From the NCBI GenBank assembly GCA_039798785.1, contig JBDKFG010000055.1:1-35030 (forward strand): 35,030 bases of DNA, in the 5' to 3' direction. The stretch is from Verrucomicrobiota bacterium. Lineage in GTDB: Bacteria; Verrucomicrobiota; Lentisphaeria; Lentisphaerales; Lentisphaeraceae. The position numbers and the translations under genes were made by a program. The notes under the pieces were generated by a model. The model saw nothing but the letters and a program-made list of their open reading frames with translations. It was not told the DNA's origin and ran no database searches. This document shows, piece by piece, positions 1 to 8,684 of this stretch. Position 1 is the first letter of the stretch. Every line of letters starts with the position of its first letter.

Positions 1-90
1 CGCAAGGAAGCGCCACCGGCCACTGATGTCGAGGCCACGGTGCAGAAGTCTCAAGTATCAGGGAAAGCTAGGAAGCCTCAATCGGAGTGA
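1..90 (+). CDS. Partial ORF (C-terminus only) whose stop codon lies in a putative IS terminal inverted repeat; possibly the end of a transposase
   Basis: Frame 1 is open from base 1 (RKEAPPATDVEATVQKSQVSGKARKPQSE) to TGA at 88-90, inside GGAGTGATACAGGTC (84-98), which recurs at 4267-4281. Confidence 0.3.
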   Translation, partial: RKEAPPATDVEATVQKSQVSGKARKPQSE

Positions 91-98
91 TACAGGTC
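84..98. mobile_element. Putative IS right terminal inverted repeat
   Basis: GGAGTGATACAGGTC is identical to 4267-4281; bases 85-98 are the reverse complement of 4104-4117. Confidence 0.5.
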
Positions 99-470
99 GG
101 TTTTTCTGCCTTGTCTCTAAATAGGATATATGAAAAACAAGAAAAAAGCAAGCAGGTAGCTTTGAATTATGACATAGATCCTAAGTGGGTGAGAATTTGG
201 GGAGCTCTCCGTCCCATCCGCGAGGCCTGCTTGTCGTGCTGCGGACTTTGCGTTCTCCACAGCATGCTGCTCAAACAAGAGACCAACAATCACGCCGAGG
301 CAAATGAGATGGATGAAGCAATGGACCCTGCGCACGAATTCCTCCGACACCGAGATGACTACAAGCTACAACCGAAGGATGATGAAATCAAGAAATCGTC
401 CTGATCCGCGCACGAATTTCTTTGAATACCGAGTTGTAGCAGCGCCGATGGATATCGAAGAAAAATCAAC

Positions 471-848
471 TCAAAAAACAGGTTGACAATGCGTGACTTC
501 GCCATCTTCAAATGTGGTGTCAAAGACCGGAACAATCACTCTTCCATGTGAGTCGATAAATTGAAGCCAGATGGCAATTGTATCGGATTCAGACCAATCC
601 CCCATGTCGTAAATTTCCATCACAAAATCATGTGTTTCAAAACTTGCATCGAAATCGTAAATGCCGAGGACCTCAAGAGCCATTTCGCTTGTCGACTCCA
701 TGATAAGAGGCCAATAATTTGACCAATTTTTTTGCAGTTCAGACAACAAACGCCTTCCTGCTTCCTGCTTCTCCATCGACGTAGGATAGGAAAGTTTCTT
801 CTGCCCATATTGGAGGCAGTCGACAATGAGAAAGTTGTGCTCTTGCAT
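471..848 (-). CDS. Hypothetical acidic protein (about 125 aa, low GC)
   Basis: Part of ORF 471..971; ATG at 848 lies 13 nt after the upstream stop at 862 with a purine-rich spacer; alternative start at 776. Confidence 0.55.
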   Translation of the reverse strand: MQEHNFLIVDCLQYGQKKLSYPTSMEKQEAGRRLLSELQKNWSNYWPLIMESTSEMALEVLGIYDFDASFETHDFVMEIYDMGDWSESDTIAIWLQFIDSHGRVIVPVFDTTFEDGEVTHCQPVF

Positions 849-861
849 TGGTCTCTTTCTA

Positions 862-1336
862 TTAGGATAATTTTGTCGTTTTTTTACACAATAAGCCATG
901 AAGCTCGCAATACTCCAAAAAATCATCTTGGTAACACCAAGGAGCGGCATCAAAAAGGCAAGATTGACCATCGTTTAGTTTAATTTCAATCTTTCTGCCT
1001 TCGAGGGAGTCGTGTTTTCGAATGTTGATGATGTTGGCAGCATCAATGTGGCGAGGATGAATTTGTGCCGTCTCGGGGAAGTCTATACCATCGTCACTGA
1101 TGCAGAGAACCCGTCGAGAACGAGTAAAAGACGAGTAAAATCCGACCAAGATCCATTTCGAGGCTATGAAATTCCAAAAGAGAAAGGTCATGATGAAAAA
1201 TGACTCGAATGTGAAGTCAAAATTCCACCCCCTTGAATACTACAGCAACAGGTGCCGAGATCAACATCATAAAGCCCCCACCCAAGATCAAACCCAGGGA
1301 CTCTGCAAGTCGCGGTTTGAGTTGAGTGGGAGCCAT
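862..1336 (-). pseudogene. Frameshifted two-TM membrane protein (about 157 aa if repaired)
   Basis: ATG at 1336 with a GGAG RBS just after the pepN stop. The 39-aa ORF (1217..1336) joins ORF 862..1191 if one base is removed within 1220-1239, which contains a C5/G5 tract at 1228-1232. Confidence 0.55.
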
Positions 1337-1341
1337 GGGCC

Positions 1342-4005
1342 TTACTCCCCTTGCTTGAGGGTCTTCGAGACGATTTCGAAGACGTCCTTGGCGAGGCCGT
1401 CGAGGGCGAGGATGCGTTCGAGCTGGGTCTTCATCAGCGCCTTGCGCGAGGGGTCGAGCTTGGCGTACTTCTTGAAAGCGCCGGCGAGACCGGCGGCGAC
1501 CGCGCCGTTGATCGGGCTGAGGCGGATGATCTGCTCGGCGATGAGAGCGTAGCCGGCGCCGTCGGCGCGGTGGAAGTTCTTCAGGTTGGCGCCGAATTGG
1601 CCCCAGAGCGAGCGGATCTTGTTGGGGTTCTTGGCGTCGAAGGCGACATCCTGGGCGAGGACCGGGATGCGGCCGAGGACGGCGGGGATGCGCGAGGCGG
1701 CCTGGACGGCGAAGTACTTGTTCATCACCAGCGGGTCGTGTTTCCACTTGGCGTGGAAGGCGGCGAGGGCCTCTTCGGTGGCCTTCGACTCGACCTGGCA
1801 GAGGACGCCGAGGGCGGCGATCTCGTCGGTCATGTTGTCGGCGGCGTCGAACTGCGCCTTGGCGAGGGCGATCAGCTCGTCGTGACCTAGGAGGACGAGG
1901 TAGGAAAGGACAGTGTTGCGCAGCGAGCGGCGGCCGATCGAGTCGCCGTCGACGCTGTAGGCGCCCTTGGCACCGAGGACGGCGTAGGCGCCGAGGAGCT
2001 CGTTTTTGAGGCCGATGGCGAGGGCGTCGCGCAAGGCTTCGCGGGCGGCGAAGGCGGCGTCGACGTCGATCACCGGCATGCGCTCGATCAGCAGGGTGAT
2101 GGTGGGCAGGCCGAGGCATTCCGCCTTGAAGGCGTTGTCGAGGCGGGCGTCGAGGAAGAGGCGGCGGAAGGCTTCGATGACGGCGGGGTCGACGGCGGGC
2201 TTCTTGCCGGCCTTGAATTCGGCGATGAGGCGATCGAGCTCGAGGTTGGCGAGGCGCTGGCCGGCTTCATAGCGGTTGAAGGGGTCGGCGTCGTGGGCGA
2301 AGAGGAAGGCGAGCTCGGCCTTGGTGTAGGCGAAGTCGAGGATGACCGGGGCGCGGAAGTCGCGGTTGAGCGAGGGGATGGGCTTCTCGTTGACGCCGGT
2401 GAAGGTGAAGCTCTGCTTCGCCTGGGTGAGCTCGAGGACCTGGCTGGCGCAGCCCGATTTCGAGCAGATGCCTTTGGTCTTGCCGTCGAGGGTGAGGGCA
2501 AGGTCGCGGCCGTCGGCGCCGACGAGGCCGACGACGAGAGGCATGTGCATCGGCTTCTTGTCCTTGCCGTTGACGTCGGGAGTCTCGGGGATCGACTGCT
2601 CGACCTCGAGGGTGTAGGTCTTGGCGGCGGGGTCGTAACAGCCTTGGACCTTGAGGCGCGGCGTGCCGGCCTGGGCGTACCAGAGCTTGAAGTGGGTGAG
2701 GTCGCGGCCGGAGGCGAGTTCCATCGACTTGACGAAGTCTTCGGTGGTGACCGCCTGGCCGTCGAAGAGTTCGAAGTACTTGTCCATGCCCTTGCGGAAG
2801 GCGGGCTTGCCGATCAGGGTTTCGATCATGCGGATCACCTCGGCGCCCTTGCGGTAGACGGTGGAGGTGTAGAAGTTGTTGATCTCGATGTAGGAGACCG
2901 GCTTGATCGGGTGGGCGTTGGGGCCGGCGTCCTCGACGAATTGCGAGTTGCGCAGGACAGCGACTTCCTGGATCCGCATGACCGGGCGGGACTGGTGGTC
3001 GGCGGAGAATTCCTGGTCGCGGTAGACGGTGAGGCCTTCCTTGAGGGTGAGCTGGAACCAGTCGCGGCAGGTGACGCGGTTGCCGGTCCAGTTGTGGAAG
3101 TATTCGTGGGCGACGATGGCCTCGATCGACTGGTAGTTGGCGTCGGTGGCGGTCTTGGCGTTGGCGAGGGCGGCGGAAGTGTTGAAGATATTCAGGCCCT
3201 TGTTCTCCATCGCGCCCATGTTGAAGGCGTCGACGGCGACGATCATGTAGATGTCGAGGTCGTACTCGAGGCCGAAGCGCTCTTCGTCCCACTTCATCGC
3301 CAGCTTCAGGGATTCGAGGGCGTGGGGGGCGCGGTCGGCGTTGCCGCGGTCGACGTAGATCTCAAGCGCGACCTTGCGGCCCGAGCAGGTGGTGAAGGAG
3401 TCGCTGACCAGGTCGAAGTCGCCGGCGACGAGTGCGAAGAGGTAGGAGGGCTTCTTGAAGGGGTCCTGCCAGGTGGCGAAGTGGCGGCCGGCGCCGAGCT
3501 CGCCGGCGGCGATGCGGTTGCCGTTGGAGAGGAGGTAGGGGTATTTGACCTTGTCGGCCTCGATGCGGGTGACGTAGGAGCTCATCACGTCGGAGCGGTC
3601 GAGGTGGTAGGTGATCTTGCGGAAGCCTTCCGGTTCGTTCTGGGTGCAGAAGATGCTGCCGGACTGATAGAGGCCTTCGAGCGAGGTGTTGTTCTGCGGC
3701 TCGATATCGACCACGGTGACGAGCGAGAATTCGTTCTTGTCGGTGGGGATGACCAGGGCTTCGTCGGAGACTTCATATTGGGTCGGATTGAGAGCGGCGC
3801 CGTCGAGGCTGACGCTGATGAGCTTCATCTTCTCGCCGCTCAGGACCAGGGCGCCCTTGGAGCCGGGATTGCGGACGTATTTGGCGGTGTTGGTGACGCG
3901 GGTGTGCGAGTCGAAGATCTGGACCAGAAGTTCGAGGCTGGGGCAGGCGAAGGCGGGGGCCTGGTAGTCTTTCAGGAAGATGGCTTTCGGGGCGGCGTCT
4001 TTCAT
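1342..4005 (-). CDS. pepN: Aminopeptidase N (M1 family)
   Basis: GAMEN motif, HEYFHNWTGNRVTCRDWFQLTLKEGLTV zinc motif and NFYT..VY.KGAE; 887 aa. Confidence 0.98.
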   Translation of the reverse strand: MKDAAPKAIFLKDYQAPAFACPSLELLVQIFDSHTRVTNTAKYVRNPGSKGALVLSGEKMKLISVSLDGAALNPTQYEVSDEALVIPTDKNEFSLVTVVDIEPQNNTSLEGLYQSGSIFCTQNEPEGFRKITYHLDRSDVMSSYVTRIEADKVKYPYLLSNGNRIAAGELGAGRHFATWQDPFKKPSYLFALVAGDFDLVSDSFTTCSGRKVALEIYVDRGNADRAPHALESLKLAMKWDEERFGLEYDLDIYMIVAVDAFNMGAMENKGLNIFNTSAALANAKTATDANYQSIEAIVAHEYFHNWTGNRVTCRDWFQLTLKEGLTVYRDQEFSADHQSRPVMRIQEVAVLRNSQFVEDAGPNAHPIKPVSYIEINNFYTSTVYRKGAEVIRMIETLIGKPAFRKGMDKYFELFDGQAVTTEDFVKSMELASGRDLTHFKLWYAQAGTPRLKVQGCYDPAAKTYTLEVEQSIPETPDVNGKDKKPMHMPLVVGLVGADGRDLALTLDGKTKGICSKSGCASQVLELTQAKQSFTFTGVNEKPIPSLNRDFRAPVILDFAYTKAELAFLFAHDADPFNRYEAGQRLANLELDRLIAEFKAGKKPAVDPAVIEAFRRLFLDARLDNAFKAECLGLPTITLLIERMPVIDVDAAFAAREALRDALAIGLKNELLGAYAVLGAKGAYSVDGDSIGRRSLRNTVLSYLVLLGHDELIALAKAQFDAADNMTDEIAALGVLCQVESKATEEALAAFHAKWKHDPLVMNKYFAVQAASRIPAVLGRIPVLAQDVAFDAKNPNKIRSLWGQFGANLKNFHRADGAGYALIAEQIIRLSPINGAVAAGLAGAFKKYAKLDPSRKALMKTQLERILALDGLAKDVFEIVSKTLKQGE

Positions 4006-4102
4006 GCGGGCGTCCTTGGGGGTGGGTTATGCGGAATCCGCGCAACTTAGCCCGAATTGTCATAAACGCCCGGGGTGAGCAACCGTTCAGGTCACAAAAA
4101 TA

Positions 4103-4282
4103 TGACCTGTATCACTCGAAGGAACGAAGAAGCGAAGCGAAGAAAGCTAGATGCCCACAAAAGGCACAAAAGAGCGCAAAAGCAGCAAAGATGAGCGGCC
4201 TCCGGTTCTACCGATCACGCTTTCTGCGTTATTCTGCGTCTTCTGCGGTTAACCTGAGGTTGATTTGGAGTGATACAGGTCA
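4103..4282. mobile_element. 180-bp MITE-like element with 15-bp perfect TIRs and strand-asymmetric internal repeats
   Basis: TGACCTGTATCACTC (4103-4117) pairs with GAGTGATACAGGTCA (4268-4282). The left half is A-rich (CACAAAAGGCACAAAAGAGCGCAAAAG) and the right half is T-rich (TTCTGCGTTATTCTGCGTCTTCTGCGG). Confidence 0.7.
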
Positions 4283-4303
4283 AAAAAGAGGGAATCCTTC
4301 GGA

Positions 4304-4696
4304 TCAGAGCCATTCTTCATGGAGGAGGAAATCCACCAGACGGCGGTCAGTGACCTGAATGTGATGTAGCAGCCATTGCTCGAGGAAATGGCGAACCTCC
4401 GGCATGGTTTGCGGGGCCTCATGGATCTGGATTGCGAATCCCGCGAGATGGCGGCTGAATTCCCGGTGCTGCGAGAAATGCTCATCAGCTTCCGGATAGG
4501 CACTGAGGAGCATCAGCTCCTCTTCGCCCTCGAAGTGCTCCTGGACATAAGTCTGAAGGCGGCGCAAGACCTCCCCGGAGCTGAGGGTTTCATTTTTCAG
4601 AGCGTTGATGAGCCGGATCAACTCCGCGTGCTCACGATCGATGAGAGCCTGCCCCAGTTGATAATCGTCGGGGTTGATATTCCCTGATTCGTCCAT
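4304..4696 (-). CDS. Bacteriohemerythrin-like protein (130 aa)
   Basis: IDREH, HFEGEEELM, HFSQH and WLLHHIQVTD iron-ligand pattern; GGAGG RBS before ATG 4696. Confidence 0.9.
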   Translation of the reverse strand: MDESGNINPDDYQLGQALIDREHAELIRLINALKNETLSSGEVLRRLQTYVQEHFEGEEELMLLSAYPEADEHFSQHREFSRHLAGFAIQIHEAPQTMPEVRHFLEQWLLHHIQVTDRRLVDFLLHEEWL

Positions 4697-4730
4697 GCAA
4701 GTCCTCCGGAGATGACCTTTATCTTCATCC

Positions 4731-4761
4731 AGTATAGCATAGTTGAGGAAAATGCGCTCAA
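4731..4761 (-). promoter_or_regulatory. Putative sigma70 promoter for hemerythrin
   Basis: Minus strand reads TTGAGC (4756-4761) and an extended -10 TGcTATACT (4731-4739). Confidence 0.4.
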
Positions 4762-4766
4762 GCCGC

Positions 4767-4797
4767 AAGAAGAAACCGCCTCCGGCGGGAGGCGGCT
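4767..4797 (-). terminator. Rho-independent terminator after secG
   Basis: 8-bp stem CCGCCTCC/GGAGGCGG with a 4-nt loop, followed on the minus strand by TTTCTTCTT. Confidence 0.75.
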
Positions 4798-4818
4798 TGT
4801 GAGTCACATTGAAATTCC

Positions 4819-5190
4819 TCAGCGGCTGACAGGCTGGGCGTCTGCGGCGACGGGGCTGAGAGGCTTGACGTCCGCAACGGCGGCGGCAGGACTGGTTTCT
4901 TTGGCATCGAAGGCCGCTTCGAATCCAGATTTGCTTTCGTGAGCCTTCTTCTTCTCCTTGGCGTCCAGGGTGCTGAGCTTGCCCATGCCGAGGGAGAGGA
5001 CGACGAGGAGACCGAAAAGGACCCAGGTGACGTTGGCGAGGAACTGGTTGCGGTTGGCACCGAGGACCGATTCCGTCGCGCCCGAGGCGAGGCCGCCCAG
5101 GCCGCTGTCCGCCTTGGTGGGCTGCATCAGGACGGACAGGACGATGAGAACGCTGACGATGCCGATGAGGGTGGCCAGAAGGGTGATCAC
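4819..5190 (-). CDS. secG: Preprotein translocase subunit SecG
   Basis: Two TM segments, VLMQ..K..GLG loop and a FLANVTWVL motif; lies downstream of tpiA (conserved synteny). Confidence 0.9.
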   Translation of the reverse strand: MITLLATLIGIVSVLIVLSVLMQPTKADSGLGGLASGATESVLGANRNQFLANVTWVLFGLLVVLSLGMGKLSTLDAKEKKKAHESKSGFEAAFDAKETSPAAAVADVKPLSPVAADAQPVSR

Positions 5191-5218
5191 GGAGAGACTC
5201 CAAAAAGAATTCTATTAA

Positions 5219-5247
5219 GGGAAGGCGCCGAAATTAAGCGCCTTCCC
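5219..5247. terminator. Perfect 10-bp hairpin between tpiA and secG (terminator or stabilising stem)
   Basis: GGGAAGGCGC-N9-GCGCCTTCCC; only a weak U tract on the minus strand. Confidence 0.45.
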
Positions 5248-5263
5248 GGGCTTTACAAGAGGC

Positions 5264-6037
5264 TCAGGAGAGAACGCAGGCGGCATTGCGCAGGAGGGTG
5301 GCGAATTCCGACGCCTTGAGCGAGGCTCCGCCGACGAGGGCGCCATCGATGTCCTTCTGGCTCATCAGCTCGGCGACGTTGTCAGGCTTGACGCTGCCGC
5401 CGTACTGGATCAGGACCTTGCCGGCGGTGGCGGCGCCGAAGAGCTGGGTGAGCTTGGCGCGGATGAAGGCGTGGGCTTCCTGGGCCTGCTGGGGGCTGGC
5501 AGTGACGCCGGTGCCGATGGCCCAGACTGGTTCGTAGGCGAGGACGGTTTTTTCCATCTGCTCGGGAGTGAGTCCGGCGAGGCCGAGGCTGAGCTGGCGT
5601 TCGAGCACGGCTTCGGTCTGGCCGCCCTGGCGTTCGGCGAGGGTTTCGCCGATGCAGGTGATCGGGCGGATGCCGGCCTTGAGAGCGGCGTGAGTGCGCT
5701 TGTTGACGGTGTCGTCAGTCTCGCCGAAGAACTGGCGGCGCTCGGAGTGGCCGATGATGACGAGGGAGATGCCGGCGTCCTTGAGCTGGGCGCAGGAGAC
5801 TTCACCGGTGAAGGCGCCGGATTCGGCGAAGTGGACGTTCTGGGCGCCGACCTGGACGACCGAGCCCTTGACCGCTTCGAGGGCGGCGCCGAGGGCGAGG
5901 AAGGAGGGGCAGACGGCGACTTCGAGGCCGGGCTTGTTGGGCAGGTCCTTGCGGAGTTCGGCGATGGCGGCGGCGGCTTCGCCGGCGGTCTTGTTCATTT
6001 TCCAGTTGCCGGCGATGAAGAGGCGGGGCTTGCTCAT
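5264..6037 (-). CDS. tpiA: Triosephosphate isomerase (257 aa)
   Basis: AGNWKMNK, GHSERR, AYEPVWAIGTG, YGGSVK and GALVGGASL motifs; ATG at 6037. Confidence 0.98.
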   Translation of the reverse strand: MSKPRLFIAGNWKMNKTAGEAAAAIAELRKDLPNKPGLEVAVCPSFLALGAALEAVKGSVVQVGAQNVHFAESGAFTGEVSCAQLKDAGISLVIIGHSERRQFFGETDDTVNKRTHAALKAGIRPITCIGETLAERQGGQTEAVLERQLSLGLAGLTPEQMEKTVLAYEPVWAIGTGVTASPQQAQEAHAFIRAKLTQLFGAATAGKVLIQYGGSVKPDNVAELMSQKDIDGALVGGASLKASEFATLLRNAACVLS

Positions 6038-6069
6038 GGGTGGTGATGTCCTTTGGATGTTTTTCGGGA

Positions 6070-6966
6070 TTAGAGACGATGCTTGTCGAGGAATTGGCGG
6101 ATGCAGGTTTCCACCCGCTCGCCCTGGTCTTCCATAAGGTAGTGCCCGGCCTCGAATTTGTGAAGCTCGGCTTGCGGCAGGTGACGCTGCCATTCGGCCA
6201 AAAATCTCGGGCAGAAGCACCAGTCGGCCATGCCCCAGGGGAGCAGCACCGGCTTGCTTAGGTATTGCTTCAGGCCGGCCTCGGTTTCGACCAGGGCGGC
6301 CCAGGAGCGGTCGCCTTCCTGGCGGGGGATGTCGACGACGAACTGGTGGGTGGCGATGCGCTCTTCCCAGGAACGGTAGGGGATGAGGAAGCCGCGGCGG
6401 ATGGCGGCGGGCAGGGGCTTGAGCGTGGTGGTCCGGGTGGCGGCCCAGGCGAAGGCGTTGAAGCCGCGGATGGCCAGCTTGCCGAAGAAGGGAATGCGGC
6501 AGAGGCCGATCGGCCAAGGCATCAGGGAACTGCGGAAGGCGGCGGTGTTCATCGCCACCAAGCCTCGCACCTTGTCAGGATTGCGGGCCGCCCAGAGATT
6601 GCCGATCGAGCCGCCCCAGTCGTGCACCAGCAAAGTCGCCTTGTCGACGCCGAGATGCTTGAGCAGGGCTTCGAGATTGCGGGCGTGGTTGTCGAGGGTG
6701 TAGCTCCAGTCCTGCGGCTTGTCGGAGAGGCCGCAGCCGAGGTGGTCGGGGACGATGATGCGATGATTGCCGCGGAAGGCCTTGACCAGCTTGCGCCAGA
6801 AGAAGGACCAAGTGGGGTTGCCGTGGACCATGACCAGCACCGGGCCGCTGCCTTCGTCGAGGTAGTGCATCAGGCCGTGACCGGTGTCAAAGAGCTTGCC
6901 GGTGAAGGGATACTCGTCCCCCAGCTCCGCCAGCTCGGCCTGCAGTTTCGTCCGGTCCACGATCAT
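6070..6966 (-). CDS. Alpha/beta hydrolase, haloalkane dehalogenase-like / OleB-like
   Basis: YPF start, MHYLDEG, HGNPTWSF, PDHLGCGLSDKP, HDWGG nucleophile elbow and AGHY. Confidence 0.85.
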   Translation of the reverse strand: MIVDRTKLQAELAELGDEYPFTGKLFDTGHGLMHYLDEGSGPVLVMVHGNPTWSFFWRKLVKAFRGNHRIIVPDHLGCGLSDKPQDWSYTLDNHARNLEALLKHLGVDKATLLVHDWGGSIGNLWAARNPDKVRGLVAMNTAAFRSSLMPWPIGLCRIPFFGKLAIRGFNAFAWAATRTTTLKPLPAAIRRGFLIPYRSWEERIATHQFVVDIPRQEGDRSWAALVETEAGLKQYLSKPVLLPWGMADWCFCPRFLAEWQRHLPQAELHKFEAGHYLMEDQGERVETCIRQFLDKHRL

Positions 6967-7086
6967 CCTGGTCTCTCCCTGATTTCAAAAATGGCCGGCA
7001 AGATACTGGCGGGACCCTTTTCAGCAAGCAAGCCGAAGTGTAGACTGGCGCGACAAACTCCCGCAACCCCAACCCCGGCTCCCTCC

Positions 7087-7557
7087 ATGTTGAAAAAACT
7101 CCTCGCCCCCGGCAAGGCCGATCTCGGCACCGATCTCGGCCTGCTCCTGCTCCGTCTCTGGCTCGGCGGCAGCATGGTCGCCCTGCACGGCTGGGACAAG
7201 CTGTCGAACTTCAACCAGAAGGCGTCCACCTTCCCCGATCCCCTCGGCATCGGCAGTACCGCCAGCCTCGCCGGCTGCTGCGCCGCCGAAGTGCTCTGCG
7301 CCTTCTTCCTCGTCCTCGGCCTCGGCAGCCGCCTCGTCCTCCCCGGCCTGATCTTCACCATGGCCGTCGCCTGGGGCAAGATCCACAACTTCGCCCTCAG
7401 CGACAATCTTCTCCTCAATCAACGCAGCGGCGAGCTCGCCTATATCTACCTCGCCGGCTTCTGCGCCCTCCTCCTCACCGGCCCCGGCCGCTTCAGCCTC
7501 GACGCCCTCATCTGCGGCAAGGGCGGCGGCGCCAGCCCGAAGAGCAAAGAGAAGTGA
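7087..7557 (+). CDS. DoxX family membrane protein (156 aa)
   Basis: LLLLRL.LG..M..HG..KL at the N-terminus and GPGRFSLD at the C-terminus. Confidence 0.9.
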   Translation: MLKKLLAPGKADLGTDLGLLLLRLWLGGSMVALHGWDKLSNFNQKASTFPDPLGIGSTASLAGCCAAEVLCAFFLVLGLGSRLVLPGLIFTMAVAWGKIHNFALSDNLLLNQRSGELAYIYLAGFCALLLTGPGRFSLDALICGKGGGASPKSKEK

Positions 7558-7585
7558 AGTGAAACTCAAAATTCCAGATTAGGCT

Positions 7586-7631
7586 CTCACTCCCTACTCC
7601 CTCACTCCCTCACTCCCTACTCCCTCACTCC
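7586..7631. repeat. Tandem 7/8-mer array (CTCACTCC/CTACTCC x6)
   Basis: Unit lengths 8,7,8,8,7,8 in the DoxX-dehydrogenase gap. Confidence 0.9.
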
Positions 7632-7642
7632 CTTGAGGCTCC

Positions 7643-8581
7643 ATGCCGCGCCTGATGATTGATCTCCGCAATGAGGTGAGCGCCTTCCGCCCGCAGGCCG
7701 AGGCGATTGCGGATTTGCTGCGCGAGCTGGGGCCGGCGTGGCAGGCCGATCTCGTTGCCGAGCCAGCTCAGCGCCAAGCCGCTTTGCCCGAAGCCGATTT
7801 CGCCCTGGTCTGGACTTTCCGCGCCGAGGAATACCGGCAAGCGCCGCGCTTGCGCCAGCTCTTCACCCCCGCCGCCGGACGCGACTGGATCGAGCCCGAT
7901 CCTGCCGGAAAGGTCGCGGCGCTTCACGGCAGCTTCCACGGCCCGATGATCGCCCAGTCCTTTCTCGCCGCCCTGCTGGCGGCGACGAGCGAGCTCGACA
8001 CCCAGCAAGCTCTCCAGGATTCCCGAAGCTGGGATCGCAACGCCTTCCCCAGGCGGCGCCTGCTCCGGGGGCGGCAGGCCCTCATCCTCGGCTGCGGCGC
8101 CATCGGCGACGAGATCGCCGCGGTGCTGACGCCTCTCGGGGTTTCGGTCACCGGCGTGCGGCGTTCGCAAAATTCAGCTCAAGCCATCCGGCCTGGCTTC
8201 ACTCTCGATTCCAGCTCCCGCCTGAGCCGTCTCCTGCCGGCGGCGGAAATCCTGCTCAACCTCCTGCCCGGAACGCCGGAAAACCGCCATTTCGTCGATT
8301 CCGCCTTGCTGGCACAGCTCCCGCCCGGTGCGATCTACGCCAACTTCGGCCGCGGCACGACCCAGGACGAAAGCGCTTTGCTCGAAGCCCTCGACTCCGG
8401 CCGCCTCGGCCAGGCCATTCTCGACGTCACCGAAATCGAACCGCTGCCCGCCGATTCGCCTTTGTGGAGCCACCCCAAGATCCGGCTCAGCCCGCACTCC
8501 TCCTGCTGCTACCTCGACTACATTCCGCGGTTTTTTGCGGAAGCCGCGCCCAAGCTGCGGCACTTGGCGGAAGGCCTTTGA
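7643..8581 (+). CDS. D-isomer-specific 2-hydroxyacid dehydrogenase (NAD-binding)
   Basis: GCGAIG Rossmann motif, NFGRG, LDVTEIEPLP and SPH catalytic motif. Confidence 0.9.
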   Translation: MPRLMIDLRNEVSAFRPQAEAIADLLRELGPAWQADLVAEPAQRQAALPEADFALVWTFRAEEYRQAPRLRQLFTPAAGRDWIEPDPAGKVAALHGSFHGPMIAQSFLAALLAATSELDTQQALQDSRSWDRNAFPRRRLLRGRQALILGCGAIGDEIAAVLTPLGVSVTGVRRSQNSAQAIRPGFTLDSSSRLSRLLPAAEILLNLLPGTPENRHFVDSALLAQLPPGAIYANFGRGTTQDESALLEALDSGRLGQAILDVTEIEPLPADSPLWSHPKIRLSPHSSCCYLDYIPRFFAEAAPKLRHLAEGL

Positions 8582-8684
8582 GACGGGTCGGGGCCGCAAG
8601 TCATTCACTCCCTGTCTGAATGACTCGTCTTTCCGCCGCCGCCGCGTATCTTGGCGGCCGAAAAAATCCCTGGAGATCCTGACG

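Noticed and set aside
330..418. 11-bp repeat GCGCACGAATT at 330 and 408
   Set aside because: Only two short copies; compatible with chance
87..486. Short ORFs 87..404, 117..350 and 304..486
   Set aside because: They overlap, lack recognisable motifs or a clear RBS, and no real frame can be chosen
4700..4818. tRNA-Leu, often found after secG
   Set aside because: No cloverleaf, TTC loop or CCA end seen; only a terminator and a promoter-like sequence
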